A DNA stretch of 64,000 bases from Macrostomum lignano (Eukaryota), in contig NIVC01002818.1 in NCBI GenBank assembly GCA_002269645.1, positions 1-64,000 on the forward strand, written 5' to 3'. Every line of letters begins with the position of its first letter. Within the stretch, counting starts at the first letter, position 1. The notes under the pieces are model-generated. The model saw only the letters and a program-made list of their open reading frames with translations. It was not told the origin of the DNA and ran no database searches. Made by a program: the position numbers and the translations under genes. Below are positions 49,010 through 60,540 of this stretch, one piece after another.

Positions 49010-52000
49010 GGTATGGGGTCTATCAGATTGCAATACGGGATCTATCAGATTGAGGTATGGGATCTTCAGATTGGGGTATGGGATCTATAAGATTGCGGTA
49101 TGGGATCTTCAGATGGGGTATGGGATCTTATGATTGGGGTATGGGATCTTATGATTGGGGTATGGGATATTATGATTGGGGTATGGGATCTTATGATTAG
49201 GGTATGGGATTTTCAGATTGGGGTATGAGATCTATCAGATTGGGGTATGGGATCTTCAGATTGTGGTATGGGATCTTCAGATTGGGGTATGGGATCTTCA
49301 GATTGAGGTATGGGATCTTCAGATTGGGGTATGGGATCTTCAGATTGGAGTATGGGATCTTCAGATTGAGGTATGGGATCTTCAGATTGGGGTATGGGAT
49401 CTTCAGATTGGAGTATGGATCTTCAGATTGGGGTATGGGATCTTAAGATTGGGGTATGGGATCTTCAGATTGAGGTATGGGATCTTCAGATTGGGGTATG
49501 GGATCTTCAGATTGGAGTATGGGATCTTCAGATTGGGGTGTGGGATCTTCAGATTGGGGTATGGGGTCTTCAGATTGGGGTATGTGATCTTCAGATTGGG
49601 GTATGGGATCTTCAGATTGGGGTATGTGATCTACAGATTGGGGTATGAGATCTATCAGATTGGAGTATGGGATCTTCAGATTGGGGTGTGGGATCTTCAG
49701 ATTGGGGTATGGGGTCTTCAGATTGGGGTATGGGATCTTCAGATTGAGGTATGGGATCTATCAGATTGGGGTATGGGATCTATCAGATTGAGGTATGGGA
49801 TCTATCAGATTGGGGCATGGTATTTATCAGATGGGGTATGGGATCTATTAGATGGGGTATGAGATCTTCAGATTGGGGTATGGGATCTTCAGATTGGGGT
49901 ATGGGATTTTCAGATTGGGGTATGGGATCTTCAGATTGGAGTATGGGATCTTCAGATTGGGGTATGGGATCTATCAGATTGAGGTATGGGATCTATCAGA
50001 TTGGGGTATGGTATTTATCAGATGGGGTATGGGATCTATTAGATGGGGTATGGGATTTATCAGATGGGGTATGGGATCTATTAGATGGGGTATGGGATCT
50101 ATTAAATGGGGTATGGGATCTTAAGATTGGGGTATGGTATCTGTCAGATTGGATAAAACAACTGAAGCAATTAGGTAAATAATAAAAGTGAGCTCAAGCA
50201 GTAGGACGAAGCACTGTTAGAATCGACCTATTATTAAATCTATGCATATCAGTGCTAAAATGTACGAGCTAATGTAATCAGTAGTCTGGCTGGACAAAAA
50301 TTGAATAAAATTCGCATAGACGTCAGCCAGAAGGCGGACAAGACTGTACAATGCCGGGATAGCGCCACAAACTGCCTATGGTAGAAAACGAGTCGCAGTA
50401 TCATTATAATAAAAGACACGGGTTGGCTGTAAAGGCGAAACGCCGCAATGAAGCATGGCTGCAGTGGACTAATGGCAGCCGCACATGCTACTCACAGTAA
50501 TATTAGCAGCATATATGCATAAAACGAGAAATAACAGCGTATAGCAGTTTAACAACAGGATACAATGTTACAGCTCGGCAGGGCGAACAGGGTAAAACTG
50601 ATAATAGGTCAATATTGAAGCTCCATCAACTAAAACGTTTTGTGTGGATTCAGCATTCTGGGATCTGGGAGATTTAAATCCCAAACTGAGGATCTGGGAG
50701 ATTTATATCCCAAGCTGAGGATCGGGGAGATCTATATTCCAAGCTGAGGATCTGGGAGATTTATATCCCAAGCTGAGGATCTGGGAGATTTATATCCCAA
50801 GCTGAGGATCGGGGAGATCTATATCCCAAGCTGAGGATCTGGGAGATTTATATCCCAAGTTGAGGATCTGGGAGATCTATATCCCAAGCTGAGGATCGGG
50901 GAGATCTATATTCCAAGCTGAGGATCTGGGAGATTTATATCCCAAGCTGAGGATCTGGGAGATTTATATCCCAAGCTGAGGATCTGGGAGATTTATATCC
51001 CAAGTTGAGGATCTGGGAGATCTATATCCCAAGCTGAGGATCGGGGAGATCTATATTCCAAGCTGAGGATCTGGGAGATTTATATCCCAAGCTGAGGATC
51101 TGGGAGATTTATATCCCAAGCTGAGGATCTGGGAGATCTATATCCCAAGCTGAGGATCTGGGAGATCTATATCCCAAGCTGAGGATCGGAGAGATCTATA
51201 TCCCAAGCTGAGGATCTGGGAGATCTATATCCCAAGCTGAGGATGCGGAAGATCGATATCCCAAGCTGAGGATGGGGAAGATCTATATCCTAAGCTGAGG
51301 ATCCAAAAAATAATATTTCCAAATGGGATCTCGGATATCTGGTGTCGCCACATCACATTTCTGTTCGACTCAGATCAGCCGTCGTCGGGCCTCTCCCCGC
51401 CGGCCGAGGCCTCGCCGTCCTCGTCCTCATCGGACTGCATCCTGGCCCTGAGCACGGCCTCGAACTCGTTGTAGTGCATCTTCCGCTTCAGCCGGAACTG
51501 CCGCCGGCGCTCTCGCTCAGCGGCGTCCAGCAGCTCGTCCTCGGCGTCCAGGTCGTGCAGGTCGGCCGGGCCGCCGAAGCCGCGTCGATTCGGCGAGGCA
51601 GACTCGCCGCCGCCAGCAGCAGCCACGGCACCGGCATCGCCGTCCTCAGCAGCCGCGGCCTCCTCGAGACGCTCCATCAAAGCGTCTGGCGACACGGCGT
51701 CGGTGAAGCTGGTCCGGCGCTGCTGCGGCTGCTTCGCCGGCTGCTCGGAGGCCGCCGGGCAGCTCCTCGAGTCGGCGTCGCCTTCGTCGCCGCTGGCAGT
51801 CGAAGCCGCGTCGCTGGACAGCGCCGGCTCGTAAGGGGTCGGCGCTTCGTCCACCTGCCGGGGCGGTGATGCACAGATTCATCTAGATCCCAGATTTACC
51901 TAGATCCCATACAGATTCACCTAGATCCCATACAGATTCACCTAGATCCCATACAGATTCACCTAGATCCCATACAGATTCACCTAGATCCCATACAGAT

Positions 52001-52105
52001 TCACCTAGATCCCATACAGATTCACCTAGATCCCGTACAGATTCACCTAGATCCCATACTGATTCATTTAGATCCCATACAGATTCACCAAGATCCCATA
52101 CAGAT
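49010..52105. repeat. 21-bp (GGGGTATGGGATCTTCAGATT, 49010-50150), 29-bp (CTGAGGATCTGGGAGATTTATATCCCAAG, 50655-51305) and 21-bp (CCTAGATCCCATACAGATTCA, 51875-52105) minisatellites
   Basis: Tandem units visible. Confidence 0.93.
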
Positions 52106-52616
52106 TCATCTAGTTCCTATAGACCCTCTCAGATCATAATACAGATTCCACCGATTCCTATACCCTCTCCCAAATCCCGTAAGAATCCCTCAGATCCGAT
52201 ACAGATTTCCCGGATCCTATAGATTTCCCAGAATCTTAGAACTTCTCAGGCCCTAAAGATTGCTCAGATCTCAGACTACACTGATCTTATAGATTCCCCA
52301 GATCCCATTTTACCTTTATCTTATAGACTGCTCAGACCCTATGGAATCTTGTGAATTCCCAGGCACTACACACGTGACATAAGCCGACGCCCACCTTCAT
52401 GTGCCCATAGTCCTTATCCGCAGGATGGTAAGTCTTCAAGATGTTCATTTCGTCCCACTGGAACTCTTTCCTGGCGTCGGTGTCATCAGAGTTGCCGATA
52501 GCGGCAGCAGAACTGGCAGCTTCCTGACTGTCCTCGTGCTCATCAGTGCTGATGGATTTGCACTTGAGGATGCCCTTCTTTGGCCGGGCATTCAGCGGCG
52601 GCGGGCTGTTTGACAT
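51375..52616 (-). CDS. PPP1R2: Protein phosphatase 1 inhibitor 2; exons 52616-52395 and 51854-51375 (233 aa)
   Basis: PKKGILK (SILK-type) motif, [23 protein letters not shown]|[19 protein letters not shown]; phase-0 GT-AG intron. Confidence 0.95.
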
Positions 52617-54032
52617 CTGACTGATTGACAATGACAGGGGAATGACAGCTGGAATGCCAGTCAGCAGGGTGACACTGCAGCAATTAGTAAGGAGGATGAA
52701 ATCAACATCAACTTGCGTAGAGGTAAAAACAAGCGTGAGCTTACACTGCTACTCGTATATAATTTCATAATGCTTCACTACCATGAAAACCTGTTTATAT
52801 ACTAAGAATATGATTAATATGCTGTGCTTAATTTCTAATTTTACTTTTAACCTAACCAAATTAATCAATCACGAAATGCATATTTATGCTAGCCATGTGA
52901 TATTAAAGAGCAAGATTGAGAATAAAAGTGGAATTGTATTGAAATTATCACAATATAATCCAAAAGTACAATGTCAGCTCAAATAATCTCTTATACATTG
53001 TTGATGCACTTAAATCCTAATTTGCTTTTTGGTGCCCTAGAGTGATTTTTGCCTTTATGGCTAACTTTTTATATACAAGTAAAATATTAATACTTTATTT
53101 AAATACAAAACTGATAGGTCTATATTATTTTATTAAACATGCCTATTAGTAACAGCAATTTTTTAATTCCAAACTTTCTACCAAATGTTAAATTTGTAGA
53201 CCCCAAAATGTTATAAGGCCAAGAAAATGACTGACATTAAATTGGGCAAGATCAAACCAAAAATAAACAAAAAACCAAGAGTAGGCTAAGGTTGATACTT
53301 AACAACTAAGATTATTATAATTTATACTTAAAAATAACTATAAATGCCATGGTTTTCAAATATCAAAGTCACTAAAATATTAGTAATGTTAATTACAATT
53401 GGCTAATTTACCAGGTAAAATGATTGCTAGAAAATTATAAAATTGAAAATCTATATGATAGCTGAGTAGCATTACATTAGCCTAGCTAAAGATGGGAAGA
53501 AACTGAAATTTTTTAACCAATTCAATTTGATTTAAATATCTGACAATCAATTCAAATATCAGATAATACTAAATATGGTTATATCAGTGAATAACATCTC
53601 TTTGGTGGCCTTTAACCAATAGGCCATCATCTTTACTTCTTGTTCAATGAAAATGCATTTACCCCTCTAAGTTTATGGGAATTAGCACCTCCAAATCCAT
53701 GCTCAACTTGATTCCTAATCTTTCACTTTTCCTTAAAGCTTCAAATCTAAATACAATTTACATGCAACTGCTTTTAAATCACCCCTGCCTTTCCTTAAGA
53801 CATGCTATGTATTATCATTTCCTTAATTTTCTCTCCATATTTATGAGCCACAAGCTGTCCAAAACCCCTAGCACTTCACTTTGGTCTTTTACTCTTCAAA
53901 ATCAAACTTCTCAGCCCTCTACTCTTTCTAAAGCCTTTTTAAATCTTAACACAAAATGATTTATTGTTATATCTCTAATCAAAAATGCGACTTACATGTA
54001 AAAAAACCCAAAAGCAAAATCAACGCAACCTT

Positions 54033-54096
54033 GGGTAAACGGCAGGAGTAACTATAACTGTCTTAATAAGCCAAAATGTCTCGTCAGCTACTTAGT
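54033..54096 (+). other. Diverged 28S rRNA fragment (helix 69-71 region, R2/I-PpoI target), copy 1
   Basis: GGGTAAACGGCAGGAGTAACTATAACTGTCTTAATAAGCCAAAATGTCTCGTCAGCTACTTAGT versus the conserved 28S GGGTAAACGGCGGGAGTAACTATGACTCTCTTAAGGTAGCCAAATGCCTCGTCATCTAATTAGT. Confidence 0.85.
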
Positions 54097-54961
54097 ACTA
54101 CTACTTGGGTGTTTTTTCGGGTGGGCATTTTTGCGACTTCCTTGGTTGGCCGCCAAATCGGTCGGCCAGATCGGCCGACTCGGCCGACTGTTGCGCATGT
54201 ATGTCTCTAATCCTTTTGCCTTTCCTCATAGCACAACTATCCCTAATTCTTTTCCTTCATTTATAAGCCACAACATCAATACTTTACTCTTAATTTGTTT
54301 CAAATAATCTTTCCACATCAAAGCAATTATTTGGCATTTTCTTGTAGATTGTCAACTTTTTCATTCCAATTTGAACCAAATATTCTAAATATTCATCCTA
54401 TCTCTAAACCTAGCATAGGCCTACCTATTTATTGATAAAACAATATCTAAAATTGTTTTTTATTTCTAGAATATAAAAACCATATAACACTTTTAGAAAG
54501 AAGAAAGAGAAAGAAAAGAAAAGAAAAAAAAGCAAAAAATCATATACAAAGTGAAAATTAAGTTGCAATTGGAAGAACTAAGTTGCAATCAAGAGGAACT
54601 AAGTCACAATCAGGAGGAACTATATCACAATTTGGAGGAACTAAGTCACAATCAGGAGGAACTACGTCACAATTTGGATGAACTAAGTTGCAAATCTGAA
54701 CAAAACTAAGTTGCACCAGACGGGTGAAATTTTAAGGTTGGGCATGTAAGTATATTCCCACATTTACACAATATTGATTCAAAGTTGGAGCCAAAATACA
54801 CGTAAACTTCTATTTAAAATAGAAAAATTATGCAATTTTTTAAAATATATACCAATGGTGTTTTTCTCTTTGTTGTATTATCCAAAATGGCATAAAAACA
54901 GGACAAAACAATGATCTCATTTCCAGCTCTTCCTACAACTCCAGTAATGGCACTGATTTTT

Positions 54962-55025
54962 GGGTAAATGGCAGGAGTAACTATTACCACTGTTTTGTAA
55001 GAAAGTGATTTGTCATCTAATTAGT
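54962..55025 (+). other. Diverged 28S rRNA fragment, copy 2
   Basis: GGGTAAATGGCAGGAGTAACTAT...TTGTCATCTAATTAGT; the middle part is more decayed. Confidence 0.7.
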
Positions 55026-55182
55026 CAAGTTGATTTTAATTTTACCATCAAGTTTCATTGCATTGGGCATTATGTGTTTATAAGCATGTATGTACATGAA
55101 TACACTTGGCTATATGGCTTATTTTTTATCGTAAAAGCAACTTAACTATGAAAGAAGAATAAGCAAAGTTAATGTAATGTTT

Positions 55183-55245
55183 GGGTAAATGGTAGGAATA
55201 ACTATAACTGTATTATAAGGGCTAAATGCCTTATCAGCTAATTAG
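55183..55245 (+). other. Diverged 28S rRNA fragment, copy 3
   Basis: GGGTAAATGGTAGGAATAACTATAACTGTATTATAAGGGCTAAATGCCTTATCAGCTAATTAG. Confidence 0.7.
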
Positions 55246-55705
55246 GCCCTAATACTACTTTTAGAATTTTTTGAATGGGCATTTTTGCAGCTTACCTTGG
55301 CTGGGCCCCTTGCCAGCCAGCTAGATTGGCTTGGTATTGCATCTAGATGATCTATATAAGGACAAAAGTGGCATAATCCTGTATTAATCCATATATTAAA
55401 AATGGTCTATCAGTAGGTAGGTATGTGTGTGATTGATTCTAGAAAAAATGGCTGAACTGATTTTCTTCACACTTGCACTATTCAATCAGAATTATAGTCT
55501 AAGGATTAAAATTCCAATATATAGCATATTACTTTTTGAGAATAAAAAGAAAAACTATTAGTTGTATTTTGCAAAGCACTAATGCAAAAACATCTACTAA
55601 AAATGCTAAAAATGACATATTAGGAATGAAAATCCACCGAATAGTTCAATAGTTATATCATCATATGTCATGTAACTGGCCTATAAGGATTAGGTTGGTT
55701 AGGCT

Positions 55706-58275
55706 ATGTATTGGTTTCCCGACAGACATTTAGACAGACATTCAGAAATCATTCAGTAAATGTTTAACAAAATTGTCTATTTAGTACACAAGACAATGTA
55801 ATTTTTTAGATGTTTTTATGCATGTCTCTGCTTTAAAAAGACACATCAGACACACACAAAGACGCTTCACAAGCTGAGATATTCCCTAGCAAATGTTGTT
55901 ACGACGTTTCCCAATATACCGAATACCATATATGGTTGTTTTTTGAGGAGCCGCTACATCGTTGCACTTTGCTCTTTCTGAATAAAAATTGCACAACTGC
56001 TTGACGCATGTCTCTACTTTAAAAATACATCTTAGACACATACAAAGACACTTCACAAGCTGAGATATTCCCTAGCAATGGTTGTTAAAACATTTTCTAG
56101 ATATACCAAATGCTATTTGAATCATATAACCATTTTTTCAGAAGCTGCACATGCTCTTTCTGCATGAAAATTGCACTGCTGCTTTACACATGCCTCACTA
56201 TAAAAAGACACATTAAAGACAAACAAAGATGCTTCACAAGCTGAAGTATTCTTTAGCAACAGTTGTTCCAATGTTTTCTAAATACTTAGTATACCGAATG
56301 CCTGTCTTTGGCATTTGCATGTTTTCTAGTTGTTCGGTGGGCGATTTTGCTTACCTTTGTCGGAGCTGTCAATTGCAAATCACTTCGAGACTGATTTGCT
56401 TCTGCAGTAAGCAGATTGATTTCTTAAAGTGATACCTGATACTCTCCAGTCATAATTGTTTCTTTTTGGAAGACTCAGCAGAGTTGCAAATTTTATTTTC
56501 CATTTTGAGAGTTAGGTCTTACTTTTTTCTAGTAGTTGTTTGACAACTTTGCTATCTCAATGACTTGTGACAATCAGGTATAGTTGACACTCTAGACAGG
56601 CATGCGGAATCTCAAAAAGTTACATTTACTTGCAATTCTTTCAGGGCTGTTTTTGTTGCTTCCTTTGCTTCCTTGTGTTGCTTTTTTGCAATGTTTAAAT
56701 ACTACCTAGCATTTTTACATTTGCTCTCAATAATCTTAACTTAATAATAATAATAGTAGTACAGTATATTGCTGTAGCAATGTTCCTATATGATACAAAA
56801 TCCCACCACTTCCACCAAAGTTGACGTAGGGGTTACTTCTGTCCTTATAAATAATTTCACAATGCCACCAAAGTTGTGATAGGGGTGAGCTTCCCTTTAT
56901 TGATTAATGTACTTTTGTATTAATGTACTTATGCTTATTGGTAGCATGCCTATTTCTCTATCTACTTCTATATTAGTAGCATATACTTATCTTATTGGTA
57001 GTGTCTATACATGTACTGTACTCTTTGGCCTAAGCAGTTTAATGACACTGTCTACTTATTTACTCTTATAAGTTTTTTCTCAGTCCTGGGCATTCCCTAG
57101 ATCAGAGGGTCACAACCTTATGAATTTTCCTTGCCTTGAAGCGATTTTTCTGCTCTGATGCACTTTCTTGCTAATTAGCCGGCTTTTTAATACTACTCCT
57201 AATTTGGGGATTTACTCTAGGAAATGAATAAGTCTTTACAAGTTTTGCAAATAAGTTTTTTAGAACTAGATTGGCTATTATTCTCGCTATTTGGGGTGAA
57301 CGAGGAAGTTCCATGTTAACTTCTCCTGGCCCATTCTGGGCTCCTATTTATACTACCTATACAGTGTATTTAAAACAAAAAGTTATTTGGTAAAATATTA
57401 TTTGATTTTACAACATTTAAACAAATGTAAAAATAATTTCTTTTTTTGCATAAATTCAAATATGGTACTTTCTAGGAAATGTTTTGTGAATGTATTTAAT
57501 ACTTATACTAGAAGGCCTTATACTATAAAATGAAGCACACTACATCAATATAATCATGGTAATATTAGTAATAATAACAGTACAGTAACATTAATAGTAA
57601 TAGCATTAATATTAATAATATTTTGATTTAAATAAATAATACCTATCTATTAAAAAATAATAATATTAATAAAAATAGCTTTTGGTGTACTAAGTATTTA
57701 GAAAACATCGTAACAACCATTGCTAAAGAATATCTCAGTCTATGAAGTGTCTTTGTTAGTCTTTAATGTGTCTTTTTATAGCAAGAAATGCATAAAGCGG
57801 CAGTGCAATTTTCATGCAGAAAGAGCATAACTTCTGAAAAAATGGTTATATGATTCAAACAGCAACATCAAACAGCATTTGGTATATCTAGAAAATGTTG
57901 TAATAACTATTGCTAGGGAATATCTCAGCTTGTAAAGCATCTTTGTGTGTGTCTAATGTGTCTTTTTAAAGTATACATGCCTAAAACAGCTGTACAATTT
58001 TCATTCAAAAAGAGCAAAGTGTGACAATGTAGTGGCTCTTTAAAAAGCAACCATATACATATTTGGTATATTGGGAAATGTCGTAACAACCATTGCTGGG
58101 GAATATCTCAGCTTGTGAAGTGTCTTTGTGTGTGTCTAGGATGTATTTTTAAAGTAGAGACATGCATAAAAAAGTCTAAAAATTTACATTGTCTTGCATA
58201 CTAATTAGACAATTTTGTTAAACATTTACTGATCAATTTCTGAATGTCAAAATGTCTATCAGGAAACCAATACAT
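55706..58275. mobile_element. Foldback-type non-autonomous DNA transposon with ~590-bp inverted arms built of ~180-bp subrepeats
   Basis: 55706-~56295 is the diverged reverse complement of ~57681-58275 (both ends read ATGTATTGGTTTCC). Subrepeat ACAAAGAC.CTTCACAAGCTGA at ~55856, 56042, 56223. Flanks GGTTAGGCT / GGTTAGGAC resemble an imperfect 9-bp TSD. Confidence 0.75.
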
Positions 58276-58758
58276 GGTTAGGACTATGCTATTTAAGACA
58301 AGTGCATAATTTGGTTATTATTTAATTTAGTTCAAGCCTACTAAAATATATAAAAATTGATATTATAAAATTGATATAGATTTTAACTGTGAACCTTTAC
58401 ACTAGCAATTGAACTATCTATGGTCATAATTCTTAAAGACCCAGACAGTTACTAAAGAGCTGGGCACACTAGAGAAAATGGAATTAACTAAGAACAAGCA
58501 GAGCGAGACAAGGGCTCCTACAATAATGAATTATTTTTGCTCCTTTTTGTTGACACAAATATACAATTAGACAGAACAAACCATCTTACGAATACACATC
58601 AAAAATATACATAGCTTATTAGCTTTTGTAAGATTAGGATTATCGATTTTCTTATTTTTTTAATTTGAAAAATGTTTAGACATAAGTGATAAGTAGTAAA
58701 GTAGTACATACATATATATAAATATATGTTCATATATATATAGTTAATATATTATATA

Positions 58759-59833
58759 CGAGGGATGATCAAAAAGTTCTGCAAGTGACCTCACAACTCT
58801 GTGCTGCAGCAGCCGAGGCGTCTAATCAGTGTCACATTCCCTTAAAGTACTTTCCACCACTATCTATGCACCGTCGCATCCGTGTGCACCATGTCTGAAA
58901 GCAGTCATGGTACTCCAAAGTTGGTATACCCTGTAGAGCTGAATGTACCGCTTGGGCAAGGTCTTGCATGCGTGAAAACGGCCTCCCAGAAACAACGGAT
59001 TTGATCCTCGGGAACAGCCAAAAGTCGGAAGGTGCTAGGTCTAGAGAGTAGGGTGGATGGGGCAGCAGCCGGACCCCCTGCTGCTCCAGGTACGCCATGG
59101 TTGATGCCGCTCTGTGCGGTGCCGCATTGTCATGGTGCAGCAGGAGTCGAGGTCCATGCCTGGTTCGCGCACGTTCCTGCCGCTCCTGCAGCATGCCTGG
59201 CAGAACAGTGTCTGTGTAGTACCTGGCAGTCACTGTGGCACCCGCTGGAAGGATGTTCACCGATACAACACCCTGAGAGTTGAAAAAAATGGTGAACATC
59301 CGCTTCCGACTGCGGAATCCGGTCTTCAGCACCTCAGGCCTTGGCTCATCTTCTGCCAGCTAGACCATGTTGGACTGCTTATCCCTCATGGTAAATCCTC
59401 ATGAATTATTGCATTGGCATGGGCCACGACATCTTCGGTCACGGATGTCCGGGGTCGGCCAGACCTTGGTTCATCGTTGAAGCTGTCCCAGCCTTCCAAG
59501 AAATGGCGCAGCCAGCAGGCAACTGTGTCAAATGATGGAGCAAAGTCAGCTAAAACATTCACAAAACATGGTGTGAATCTCTGTCACTTTGCAACCAAGT
59601 TGCATGCACATAAAGATATAGAAGCGAACACTGTCTTTTGATGTTTCCATCAGCTACTGAAAACACATGGAAAATATATGGCTGTGAAATTTTACTGGAG
59701 CACATTTGGAAGCCAAAAATGCATATAAATATAGCAAACAGATATAGCCGCATATGTGTAAGTTTTTGGCTTTTGCTGATTCTATAACTAAAAGCTATAA
59801 CAAAAGGTTGCAGAACTTTTTGATCACCCCTCG
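58759..59833 (-). mobile_element. Mariner (D,D34D) transposon, internally deleted (1075 bp); transposase C-terminus at 58832-59332
   Basis: 26-bp TIRs CGAGGG(A/G)TGATCAAAAAGTTCTGCAA with TA on both sides. HDNAAPH...PHPPYSLDLAPSDFWLF motif and N-terminal RSGRP are present; the WVPHEL/TGDETW region is missing. Confidence 0.95.
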
Positions 59834-59937
59834 TATGTTCCTAGCATAACTCTTTAATTTTTTTTCATTTGTAGTTAAACATTATCACAAGCACTTATAG
59901 CAAATTTGTATTATGAGACTAGCAAAAGAATGCATCC

Positions 59938-60540
59938 AGGACTATTTGTCTTCCAGACTATTTGTCTGCCCTAAGCAAATGGCCAGTGGACTATTTGTCT
60001 TCCAGACTATTTGTCTGCCCTAAGCAAATGGCCAGTGGACTATTTGTCTTCCAGACTATTTGTCTGCCCTAAGCAAATGGCCAGTGGACTATTTGTCTTC
60101 CAGACTATTTGTCTGCCCTAAGCAAATGGCCAGTGGACTATTTGTCTTCCAGACTATTTGTCTGCCCTAAGCAAATGGCCAGTGGACTATTTGTCTTCCA
60201 GACTATTTGTCTGCCCTAAGCAAATGGCCAGTGGACTATTTGTCTTCCAGACTATTTGTCTGCCCTAAGCAAATGGCCAGTGGACTATTTGTCTTCCAGA
60301 CTATTTGTCTGCCCTAAGCAAATGGCCAGTGGACTATTTGTCTTCCAGACTATTTGTCTGCCCTAAGCAAATGGCCAGTGGACTATTTGTCTTCCAGACT
60401 ATTTGTCTGCCCTAAGCAAATGGCCAGTGGACTATTTGTCTTCCAGACTATTTGTCTGCCCTAAGCAAATGGCCAGTGGACTATTTGTCTTCCAGACTAT
60501 TTGTCTGCCCTAAGCAAATGGCCAGTGGACTATTCGTCTA
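59938..60540. repeat. 49-bp minisatellite (GACTATTTGTCTTCCAGACTATTTGTCTGCCCTAAGCAAATGGCCAGTG)
   Basis: About 12 identical units. Confidence 0.95.

Noticed and set aside
53640-54480. Possible LINE endonuclease remnants on the minus strand
   Set aside because: Only vague residue patterns with many stops; cannot be supported without a profile search.
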